A stretch of DNA of 37,413 nucleotides. Origin: Octopus bimaculoides. Its lineage: Eukaryota. The stretch lies in contig NC_068982.1 in the NCBI RefSeq assembly GCF_001194135.2, positions 119,692,362-119,729,774 of the forward strand. Reading direction: 5' to 3'. Each line of letters starts with the position of its first letter. Positions within the stretch are counted from its first letter, which is position 1. A program made the position numbers and the translations under genes. Below the pieces are notes generated by a model. It was given only the letters and a program-made list of their open reading frames with translations, made no database searches and had not been told where the DNA came from. This document shows, piece after piece, positions 1 through 10,960 of this stretch.

Positions 1-1095
1 GAGAAACAACACGTACAGAACAATTTAACACCAGATATGAACGGACCGGTACACAACGTATAGAAGGTGGTAGAGGCTTTATACAACTAGAAAGGTAGTG
101 TAAAATAACCACCATAGGACTGCAAAAATTCCTACTTCAGAAGCAAGGAAAACTAATACAGATATTAAAAAAAACACCAACAAAAAAAAAGTGTTTTCAT
201 TCTTTAAGGAAGCATACAAATACAAAAAAATAAGTCATACTACCTAACAACTATGAAGATAAGAAGAACCAACAAAAGCTGTAAAACAAATGAAATCCAA
301 ACTAAAACTAAAACAGCAACAGATCGTGATAAAATGAAAAGCCCGTTCATGCCAATTACTGGGCTAAACGAAACGGAAAAGAAATAGACAAAGCAAAATC
401 CCAGCAATGGCTGAGACGCTCGGGATTCAAAGCAGAGACCGAAGGATTTTTAATTGCAGTACAAAACCAAAACCTACCTACCAGAAATTACCAAAAACAT
501 ATAATGAAAATAATTATAACAAGTAACTGAAGAATATGTGGAGATGGACAAGAGAAAATATATCATACTGTCTCTGCCTGCCCAGTCCTGGTTAAAAAGG
601 AATATATTCACAGAGACGACAGAGTTGGGACCTAAGTACACTGGAAGCTATGCCAACACTATGGAATAGCAACAGAAAGAAGATGGTCTAGACAAACACC
701 ATATAAATGTCGCAGAAAATGAGTAATTAGCAATACTATGGGAAATGCCAATACACACAGATAAAGAAATTAAGGCCAATAGGCTGGATATAGTTGTCAG
801 AGATCACCAAGAGAAAAATGCTTTCTAACGTATCAATCAATAGCAACATATCACAATGTTTTTCGAAGAGAAATGGAGAAACTTTCTAAATGCACAAACC
901 TGGAAATAGAGGTAACTCGAATGTGGAGTCTAAAAACAGAAACAATTCCTATCATAGTGGACGCATTAGGTATGATATATAATATTCAAGCAAATACATA
1001 ACAAAACACTTGGGCTAACAAATATATATAACATACAGAAAATAGCACTACTAGGCACTGCACACATCCTACGTAAAACACTTTCAATACAGTAA
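1..1095 (+). mobile_element. R4/Dong-clade RLE non-LTR retrotransposon, decayed 3' fragment (post-RT, CCHC knuckle, RLE)
   Basis: Hand translation across stops and frameshifts gives QRIEGGRGFIQLE (~54-92), WLRRSGFKAETEGFLIAVQNQNLPTRNYQK (~408-500), *RICGDGQEKIYHTVSACPVL (CCHC), HWKLCQHYG, WEMPIHTDKEIKANRLDIVV (PD-type RLE), and the C-terminus NIQKIALLGTAHILRKTLSIQ* ending ~1095. Confidence 0.85.
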
Positions 1096-1126
1096 CTATA
1101 AGGGCACCAGAGCACAGGGCCTGAAA

Positions 1127-1265
1127 TTTGAGGAGGGGTATGATCGATTACATCGACCCCAGTGTTTTACTGGTACTTAATTTATCGACTTCGAAAGGAT
1201 GAAATGCAAGGTCGACCTCAGCGGAATTTGAACTCATATCGTTGTGACAGGCGAAATACCGCTAC
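1127..1265 (-). mobile_element. tRNA-derived SINE family A, partial copy
   Basis: Reverse complement matches the 5201-5431 copy (gagttcaaattccgc...ggtcgac.ttgc.tttcatcctttcg...gtcgataaattaagtaccag...ctggggtcgatgtaatcga). Confidence 0.75.
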
Positions 1266-1276
1266 ATTTGCAGCCA

Positions 1277-1458
1277 TTTTGAGGGAGGAAATGAGTCTTT
1301 TACATCGACCCCAGTATTTCACTGGTACTTAATTTATCGACCTCGAAAAATGTAGAGAAAATTCGACCTCGGAGGGATCTGAACTCAGAACGTAAAGGCG
1401 GACTAAATGCTATTAAGCATTTTGCCCGACGTGGTAAAAATTCTGCCAGTTCGCTGCC
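1277..1458 (-). mobile_element. tRNA-derived SINE family A, second copy in tandem
   Basis: Head ggcagcgaactggcagaa starts at 1458 on the minus strand; the body matches 5201-5431 and the adjacent 1127-1265 copy. Confidence 0.75.
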
Positions 1459-1464
1459 TTCATA

Positions 1465-1517
1465 ATGATGATGACGATGATGATGATGAGGATGATGATG
1501 ATGATGATGATGATGAT
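1465..1517. repeat. (GAT)n microsatellite
   Basis: Read directly from the sequence. Confidence 0.95.
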
Positions 1518-1519
1518 AA

Positions 1520-2625
1520 GTGCACCCGTCCTGAAATGGGCACAAGCAGAGACTAACCAACAAAAACGGACGTACACATGCTCTACATGAATGGGAGAAA
1601 AGTTGGACGCGGGCTGATTAGAGTACGGGTGGGCATCAACTGTGAGAGAAGAAACATGGCAGAATATTTGGCAAAAAAGACCTGCTATTGTATGCAGCTA
1701 ATGCAGAGGATTTTAACAAAAATGGACTTAAGAGTGCTCATGAATTCCGATCAAGAACAGCCAACGAGTGAGGAGAGACCCTATACTGCTTGGAATTACA
1801 TAGCCAGTTCACCGTGAAACTAACAACATAAAATAACAGGAAGCATCATAGAGGTGGCTCAGCAATGGTAACCTAAAAATGAATACTGAAAGCCGAATCA
1901 TCGCGGCCCGGGACCAGGCATTGAATACCAACTCAGGGAAAAAGTATATATATCACACAAGTGAAACCGACCTTTGCTGAATGTGTCGGAAGAGGGTCGA
2001 AAGCGTAACTCACACTGTTAGTGCTTGTGAAAGTCCTGTGCAGAAAGAATACAAATGTTGACACGACAAGGTGGACCAAAACCTCCACTAGCTACTATGC
2101 CGGAAGTATGGATATGAAGTAATGGGTGCTTAGTAACAACAGACACTGGAAAAGGTAATGGACGAAAAGAGAGAAGGCAAAAATCCTCTCGTATTAGAGC
2201 ACCGATGGCCGGATATAGTAACATTTAAGAGTGACAAACAAGAGTATCTAATAATTGACGTGACAGTGCCAAGCGGTCAACATATTATCATGAAAGAAAG
2301 AGAAAAGATTGATAAATATGCACACCCAAGAATTGAGATCGCTAAGATGTGGCAGCTACGAGAGTCAAACTTAAAAGTTATCCTTATTGCCATTGGTGTA
2401 TTGGGTTCAATACCACCCAATTTAAATAACAAAAAACACCTGAAAACTTTAGAAATACCCTACGATCTAGGTGTATTGCAACAATTGGCATTACATAGAA
2501 CTGTACCCATATTGCGTAAAGTACTGTCTGACGTCCATGTTGTGACTTGACAAACAGTACAAACCCCCGGTAGACACAATATCTTCGATCAACAGCCTCA
2601 CGATATTGTATGCTGTGTGAAGTCT
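1520..2625 (+). mobile_element. R4/Dong-clade RLE non-LTR retrotransposon, second subfamily, 3' fragment ending in (TAA)n
   Basis: LYMNGRKVGRGLI (ORF 1578); WLSNGNLKMNTESRIIAARDQALNT; C*MCRKRVESVTHTVSAC (CCHC); ORF 2158-2550 HRWPDIV...YLIIDVTVP...KEREKIDKY (RLE) ending LQQLALHRTVPILRKVLS; ~75-bp 3' UTR, then taataataat. Confidence 0.9.
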
Positions 2626-2643
2626 ATAATAATAATGATGATG

Positions 2644-3195
2644 GTTTATACCTTGATGCAATGCCGGGCTCTGTCTCTCATAGCTTCTGATCTTAACTGA
2701 TTGCAGATGTTATCATATAAATGTTTTGACTTTGTATAAAGGATGGGCTACATTAAATATTCCGATCAATACCACAGATTTGCGTGTCACTTGCCTGACC
2801 TTAACCAGTTGAGCATGTCTCTTGATGGCTGATGATATGTGCTTCTGTGATCACGAGCAGAAATAGTTCGTGGGGGTCATCATAGCCATGTATTGAGAGA
2901 AATTTTGGAGGTTTTGAACTATTCACGTCTGAAAACAGGTGTTTAGTTCAACATCCTTAAACAACCCTTGTTCAAGGACGTTTTGAGCGGTCCGGGTTAC
3001 TCGGCCTGAAGGAAATTCTAACGGGCCCCACCCGCAAGGCCATGCGCTGTTTATCATGATACGATGTCACAATGTCGTGCATATAATTTTCTCATGAATG
3101 TGCCTTATTAGACTGATGGCTATTATGGGTATATTGGACTCTACATATTTAACCCCAATGTCACTGTGATGGCATGCGCTGCTCTCTCATTCATT
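2644..3195. repeat. Unclassified ~550-bp non-coding interspersed repeat, copy 1, flanked by AAT/GAT-type tracts
   Basis: 2830-3195 is the diverged reverse complement of 20463-20843 (shared blocks include gccatca.agtgaca.tgg, aaaacgtcc.tgaa.aagggt.gtttaaggatg.tgaac, ggctatgatg). No convincing ORF. Confidence 0.8.
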
Positions 3196-3199
3196 AATA

Positions 3200-3530
3200 A
3201 TTTCTTTTATTAGCCAATGGGGCATAGATGACGGGTACAAAACAAAGACAGACAACAATTTCTGTGAGGATTTACAGAAAGGCCGTGGGGAAAGAAATGG
3301 AAAAGAAGGAAATGCGATAAAAGAATACATCCGATACAAATATGTGATAACATGAACGATTAAATGTGATACAGGTTAAATGTAAATTGATTCAGTCAAG
3401 GAACCCAACAGATCTACGATTACCCCGACCACCAAAGGTAGCAGATCCTCTCTTCGTCTCAAATCTACAGGCGCATACTTAGAGTAGGATCATTCAATGT
3501 AACCATTTTTCCACTGTCACCCACTTTTTT
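3200..3530 (-). mobile_element. Possible 3' end of an L1/Tx1-like LINE
   Basis: Minus strand has a short terminal reading frame KWVTVEKMVTLNDPTLSMRL*, a pyrimidine-rich 3' UTR, and AATAAA (3206-3211) just before an ATT-rich junction. The clade call rests on recollection only. Confidence 0.3.
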
Positions 3531-3599
3531 AAAAAATCATTGACAGGTAGCACTTTCCTCGCCAATGATAATAACAGTAATAGTAACAATGATAATAGT

Positions 3600-3758
3600 G
3601 CCTGCAGGACGTTTGTCTCTTAGGGACAGAAAGTATTATCAAGAGGGTTCTAAGCACTTGGAAGACTGCTGAAAACTTGTGGATTCCTAAGGTTACAGGT
3701 GATCCGCTATCCACATAATTCTTCCCAGAAATAAAACCGAACCTGTGCCACACCAACA
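3600..3758 (+). mobile_element. Extremely 5'-truncated R4/Dong-like element (last 38 codons plus 3' UTR) within an (AAT)n-type tract
   Basis: 3602-3718 translates LQDVCLLGTESIIKRVLSTWK...*, the same C-terminal motif as the fragments ending at 1095 and 2550. A degenerate AAT repeat lies upstream (3565-3599) and a long (AAT)n tract downstream. Confidence 0.7.
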
Positions 3759-3920
<162 letters not shown>

Positions 3921-5200
3921 TGGCCACAAGGGGCGCACAAAAAATCCAAGGGCTACACAACCCATAGTTGTATACAGTGGCTGTATTTGATCAATCCAAA
4001 TATTTCTACAACCACTGGTATTGTAACCGGCTTGAGATGCTACATCTTTTCGATTTCGATTAGCAAATCTATCGTCAGCACAGTCGTCAACATCATCATC
4101 ATCATCATCACGAATTTTCTCTCTTTTTTTCCCTTTTATTTTCTTCATTTACTTTCTTTCATTTGTCAATTTTCCTTTTTTCTCTGTCTTTCTTCCCCTT
4201 TTCTCCATCACATAACTTTGTTAGTGAGCAATCTGGTGTCTTTATTCTAATGGCTTACCAATGAATGCCGTGAGTATCTCTGTTCTAGGTGTCTGCAAGA
4301 AATGGAAACGCAACTGAAAGAAGATAATGATGATAATAATGATAATAATAATAGTATCTAAAGAAAAATACAAAACTAGTTAAGTTTAGTTGAATGCATA
4401 CACCTTAGTACTCGACTGGGGTGAATATAATAGATTCAACTAACCAAATTTGATTGTTCCTGCGACGATCAAAGACAAAATTTGATTTGGTGATAGTTGA
4501 AGGCAATAGCTAGAGCTGTAGATACATATCAGTAATTATCACGCATCTGCGCTCTAAAAATACTGCCAAGAGCGACTTCAAAAATTAAAACAAGAGCAAC
4601 GTCTAGATCACGGAGCATTAAAAATAACAACAATGACGACGACAAAAACAACAATAAGAAGAAGGAGGCGGAAGGGAGGAGGACGGCGACGATGACATTA
4701 AAGAGAATTTCTGATACTTGCCAATGAGACATGCTGAATGGTTGTTACAAGAGTTTGCAATTTGCTTATAGTTGTACATGATGAAGTAGAAATATACATG
4801 AAACAAACATATACAAAGTAAAACATATACATAGTATGCTAAATATTCGAGCACGTACATGAAGCAGACCACCCTATACATATATGATACCAAGAAGGGC
4901 TAATCGAGGGATTTCATAGCTCCCAGATCACAGTAACCATGGAAGCCACAAACTTCGATTAACAGTTGTTCCCTAGTGCAGAGGCTCGTGCTTAGAGTAG
5001 CTCAATTTATCTTGAGCGATATTGCTATAGTTACTCAACTTTGGAAAAATTCCTTTGGAGAGAGCACTTCCACTGCTATACTTCGTTCTTTTCCAAGTCT
5101 TGAAAAGTCCGTAAGTTATTGACCGAAGATGACTGTCCTCAGTCCTTACAGTATGGTCCATCACACAATTTCTTTATCAATACAGGGTAGACAAGGATAA

Positions 5201-5431
5201 GGCGGTGAGCTGGCCGAAACATTAGCACGCAGGGCGAAATGCTTAGCGTTATTTCGTCTGCCACTACGTGCTGAGTTCAAATTCCGCCAAGGTCGACTTT
5301 GCCTTTCATCCTTTCGGGATCGATTAAATAAGTACCAGTTACGCACTGGAGTCGATATAATCGACTTAATCCTCTTGTATGTCCTTGTTTGTCCCCTCTG
5401 TGTGTAGCCCCTTGTGGGCAGTAAAGAAATA
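5201..5431 (+). mobile_element. tRNA-derived SINE family A, full-length copy with target-site duplication
   Basis: Head ggcggtgagctggccgaa; B-box-like gagttcaaattcc; A-rich tail gtaaagaaata. TSD aca(g/c)ggtagacaaggata at 5182-5199 and 5432-5449 (18 bp, 1 mismatch). Confidence 0.9.
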
Positions 5432-5949
5432 ACACGGTAGACAAGGATATAATTCTAGTCCTGTTTCCTTAAAGAAGAGGTACATGCCAAGCCTGAAGAT
5501 AGAGATATATCCGTCCTACAGGTGACATCAGCCGTTCGGCGTAATCCTATATGTCGACAAATATTGGTTTCAAATTTTGGTACGAGGTTTGTATGTCAGA
5601 AAATATTAATAATTAGAATGTCATGACTGAAAATATACGCAGTTTCTCCATAAGAGTTGTTTAGGGAAAAATCAAAAAGCCTACTAAGACATAATGGTTT
5701 ATTTATTTTAAAGACCTGCGGTTTCAGTAGGATTTGATATAAACAAACCATACAGAAAAGCGAGGAAATCTTTCTTAAATTGGAAGACACCTGAACTTTG
5801 GATACAAGAAGGTTGAAATATATATATATATGTATGTGTATATATTTATGTATATGTATGTATGTATGTATGTGTGTATGTACGTAAGTCGTCTAAAATT
5901 CATAGGTCAGGAAAAAGATGCACTCGTATATCTGTCAATGGAGTGGGTC

Positions 5950-6626
5950 TATTATCCGAAGTGCACAATATTGTATATCCATCAGGCTGATCTTACCAAT
6001 CGGTTTTGCCCTAGCGATACAACGGATTGTTAGGTAAAAATCAGATCATAACACTCAACGCTCATCAGAGGTAGCCGATATGGAATGAAATATGGTGACT
6101 GCTCTCTATTGTTGGGGGTGAAAGGCTACATCCGGTTTGCGGTTGCTGTGAAAGAATGATTAAACGAACGGAAGAGGGGATTTGATCGAGAGTTCTGTAC
6201 CTTGGTACCGAGACATCGCCACTATGTTGGATATGCTTTAAGTCGGTAAGAGCTATCATGAAGTGCTTGTGGGAATCGTTTTCGCCTTTCGGGTTGGTGT
6301 TCTTGTGTGAATGGGATATGTGTAGTGGTACTGTATGTATTACATTTGCCGAGGGTGTAGGCATCGTGGAAAAAAAGGTAAACCGTACTTAAATAGCAGG
6401 TTTGTTTCATCATCCTTTCACATCAACAACCGCAAACCGGATGTAGCCTTTCACATTCAAAAATACGGAGCAGTCACCATATTTTATTCCATATCGGCTT
6501 TCTCTGATGAGCGTAGGGTTATATAATCGGATTGTTACCTAACACTCCGTTGTGAGACCCTAGCGCGAAACCGATTGCTACGATCAACCCCGGTGGATAT
6601 ATAATACTTGTACACTTCGAATAATA
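5950..6626. mobile_element. Foldback/MITE-like element with ~220-bp inverted arms
   Basis: 5950-6169 and 6400-6626 are reverse complements at roughly 80% identity by eye, including the exact block gtgaaaggctacatccggtttgcggttg. Spacer ~230 bp, non-coding; microsatellites on both sides. Confidence 0.8.
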
Positions 6627-6649
6627 CATACGTACGTGTGTGTGTGTAT

Positions 6650-6686
<37 letters not shown>

Positions 6687-9600
6687 GTGAGAGAGAGAAA
6701 GATACACGCTCGTTAGTGCGTATGTGAACGTGTGTATGAAGGTGTGTAGTGAGTGTGAACGTGTGTATGATAATACTATCCTAAGCGGCATGCTGAGAAT
6801 TGCATAGCACTGGACTAAAAGCTTTTCAGAGTTTTTTTGGCCTATCGTTGCGTGATAGGCCAAACTGAACTCAGTCTATGTTCAAAGAAACAAAGCCCAG
6901 AACAACAAAGATATTGATAAATAGTCATTACAAGAAATTACCAAATTTACTGAAGTAGTTGCAGTGGAAGGGCCGAATGCAGAAAAAGAAACACGTAGTA
7001 GCAGTACATGAATCAGCCAATAAGAACAAAAACATATCTAACAAGAAAAAGCGTTAAATTGATCACGATGTGTTGGAAAATGAAAATAGAATGAGAGGAA
7101 AATAAAAGGGAAAACAAATAAGGAATTGTACAAACATACGATGATGGACTCTGCCAATAAGAAATGCAAATATGTTATGAGAATTACCAGTTATATGGTG
7201 CATAATGTATTCAACAAATAATCTCGATACGTGATATTTTTTAATGAATTTAACATAAGACATATGTTTGATTGAATTATATAGATACATATATTGTGTG
7301 TATCTGTGTGTATGCTTCATGTTCTTAAATACAGTGTGTTTCATGTACTTAAATATGCACGCATACATATCTTTGTTTCATTGAATTATATACATACATG
7401 TGTTGTGTGTATATGTGTGTATGTTAAATGCATTTAAATATGCGTGCATGTGAGTATATGTATGTATTATGACTAATATTTCTTTTTCAAATAACAATAT
7501 GAAGAAAGAATACGATAATAATTAGAGAGTAAAATATCTATTCCAGCTTAAATTCAATAAAGTTATTCAGTACCTTCAGCAATAATAATCACAAGTATGT
7601 GTAAACATGCACACACAGACATACACGCACACTAACACACACACACACACACACACACACANNNNNNNNNNNNNNNNNNNNNNNNNNNNNNNNNNNNNNN
7701 NNNNNNNNNNNNNNNNNNNNNNNNNNNNNNNNNNNNNNNNNNNNNNNNNNNNNNNNNNNNNNNNNNNNNNNNNNNNNNNNNNNNNNNNNNNNNNNNNNNN
7801 NNNNNNNNNNNNNNNNNNNNNNNNNNNNNNNNNNNNNNNNNNNNNNNNNNNNNNNNNNNNNNNNNNNNNNNNNNNNNNNNNNTATATATATGCATGTGTG
7901 GCTGAAGAGTAAAAAACTTAACTCACTTTCTCTGTCTTATAGAGACCACTATAGGAATAATTGATTGATACCGAAAATTGTGAAGTGACAATTAGAGATT
8001 ATTAAGGGGGCTATTCGCAATTTACAACCGAAAGGCAACAAGCATAATTATTACTAAAGTAACGGTGGATGCTAGTCAGCATCCGCATTGCAGGAAATAA
8101 GAGTCAAAAGACCACTCTTATTGATGTATGTCATTATTCAGTTTATTTCAAGAGGTCTTACCAATAAAGAAAGAACCGTTTTCTAACCTCGATTCCGGGT
8201 TCCTTCATTGGAATTTCAACATCAACAACAAGGTATTTTTGTTTGTATGTATGTTTGTATATATGTATATATGTGCAGATTTGTATGTTTTATGTTTGTT
8301 TTCTCATGCATAGAGTTACATATCTAGACATGCTCATATATATTTAAATGATGAAGTTCTGGAAAGTTTAACAGGTTTTTACAGTTCCAGTGATGGATTG
8401 GGTCTGTAACCTTCGAATTAGCATTCTCCTTTCTGTTTTTGAGAAGCCTAATTTCTCAAGATTGGTACTTAAGCAATGTGTTACATATCCCAGGGCCACA
8501 ATAATTACAGTTATAAATCTGAACTTGTAATCTAGATAGAGTAACTGCAGATTTCTCAACAGAACAGCATAGATATTCTATTTTTCACTCATCATCAGCT
8601 GTATGTTAATATCGGCTGGGCAGCAAATTTCCACAACTGTACACAGTTTCTCTTCTCTATCCCAAATCATTATATCAGGTTTGTTGTGCTTGCATTTTAT
8701 TGAGACCTTCACTGGTACATTTCACCAGTATTCCCTTTCATTATGAGTGGCTATGGCTTCTACCATATTGTGGGTTTTTAATTCTTTGTCTTCGGGTTTA
8801 TCCTTCCGAAGGATTTCATTATAGAGTGTCCTAAATTCAACGTCAAGTCTCATAGGTAGATAATACCGTGATGCCATTTTCGGACAACTGCTTATTATGT
8901 GGGTGATATCTTCAGGCTGAACTCCACAAAGTCTGCACATTTCACGGCTTTTCCCGCGTCTCTATTCCTTTTGTGCGCTAGGTACTTGATTGATATTTCT
9001 TGTTCCTGGATTGCAAACGCATACCCTACTCAGTGGGAGGTAATAATCCGGCTATTCGTTCATGATAAACTGTTTTCATGATCGCTGTTACTATAATCGT
9101 GGAGCTTTCTACTAACATATCCATGCATAGTTTCCTGCTCATATAGGTTCATCCTTTCATCTGATGATATGCTGCGGTACAGTCGTGCAACTTCTTTGGG
9201 CATATGTTCTAGGTTCTCAGACAAAGAGTGTTGCTCAAGGAGCTGCTTTCCAAGTCTTACGATGTTTTTAGCTTCATGTATGCAAACTTGGTCAAGAGGT
9301 GCACTTCGACGCCTGGTTGTTAAAAGATGTTGACGAAGTGATTTGATGTGACATTGAAGGGCATTTCTGATCAATGTTAAGCGTCTACCGCCTTGTTTAC
9401 GTTTTAGGAAGAGGCGGTCTACATCACTGTTTATGTGGAAATTATGTGTGCTTGTTAGTATTTTTCGGGTTTTCACATCAATAGCTTGGATCGCATAAAC
9501 CGTCCAATGAAGCAGCCCGAATATTGATATGAGTACTGGCAGTTCAAACACATTCTGGGCCACTGCTTTATTGAATACAGAGAGTTCTGAGGACCTAATT

Positions 9601-10960
9601 TTCTTTATTTGGCTGTAATATCCTTTAGAGACATCTGTTTGGTTACAGGTGCCACTGTAAGATATATTTTCATCCACCACTAAATGCCTGTAACATTTCT
9701 CGTCAAATACAGAGGAAACAGCCAAATCATTAATGGAGATGCTACTCGTCTGGTTTATAGCTTTCCCCCTTTTCACAACCATATAATAACATTTATCCTG
9801 ACCAAAGTGTAACCCTACATCCTGTGAGAGAGTTGTAACTACGTCAAGGCACATTTTCATCTCATGCATATTCTTTGCATAAAGTTTTAAGTCATCCACA
9901 AATAAGCAGTGTGTAATTTTGATATTTGTGTTTCCTTGTGAACCAGTGCGATAACCATCAGATTTTCTTAACATGAACGACTAGGGGTTTACAGAAAGTA
10001 TAAACAACATCATAGAGAGGCTGTCTCCTTGAAATATACCTTTGCGATACTGTATTCTATCGGTGATAATACATTCATTCTTTTTGCTCAATTTCAAGAT
10101 GGCGACCTACGATGAAGTCAGGTCAGCTATGGCTTAGACTAATTTCACTAGAACTTTAGCCAGTTGAAGGGCTTCTAGCAGCCATGAGTGGGGAACAGAA
10201 TCAAAGGCTTTCATGTAATCTAAACATATTGAAACTAGGTTCCTCCTATGCTCTCGCACCTCCGACACTGTTTTGTTGATTAGCAATTGCTCGGCACATC
10301 TCCAGATTCTCTTGTTCCCAGCTGCTTGTTCTACTGTGATAATGTGATTGGTTGCACAATGATCTTCGAGGAAAATGTTTAAACATGCTGTATATTTCGT
10401 ATACATTAAGTTCTGGAATGCAATTGGCCGGTAATGTTTAGACATGTGGGTGGTTCTGCATTTGCGGATCAATTTTGTCTCTGCCAGTGCTAACCAGTGT
10501 GGTATGCTACTGTTCCCATTGAAAGCTTGCTGGTGCAGATTGATAAGGTATAGTCGGTAGATTGTTAGCTTCTTGTACCAATATCCAAAATCAAGTCTCT
10601 TCTAGTTGCTTTTCCATCCTCGAGTTTCTAGATCACAGTTGCAAGTGTTTCACCATCATTGTTGTATGTCTTGAGTGTAATGTAGGCGCAGTTACTTATT
10701 CGGATTTCTTCCAGTCACAGAGCATCTTGGTTAAATTCCTTCGCTACCCTACAGATTGTCCTCCAGAAGGAGTCTATAACTTCTTGGGAAAGAGCTTCCC
10801 TGATATTTTTTGCTCCCCCACTCATGTCTCTGTATAATGCTGCCTAGTTGCGGTTAAATCTGTTGTCTGTTGTTCTCTCAGTTATTCTCTTCTGATGTCG
10901 GAGTTTTTCACTGACAGCTTGTAGCTCCTGTTTGAGGATAATCACTTTGCAAGTGAGTGT

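Noticed and set aside
1960-2090. CGA-to-TGA stops suggesting CpG methylation decay and hence an intronic location
   Set aside because: Only a couple of such stops, and other stops arise by different changes; untestable without family consensi.
4900-5560. GC-richer sequence interrupted by the SINE at 5201, possibly the N-terminal region of a retroelement
   Set aside because: After removing the SINE I could not find a recognisable motif in any frame.
7935-8232. Sequence that seems familiar as an octopus interspersed repeat
   Set aside because: Single copy in the window and no diagnostic structure; recollection alone is not enough support.
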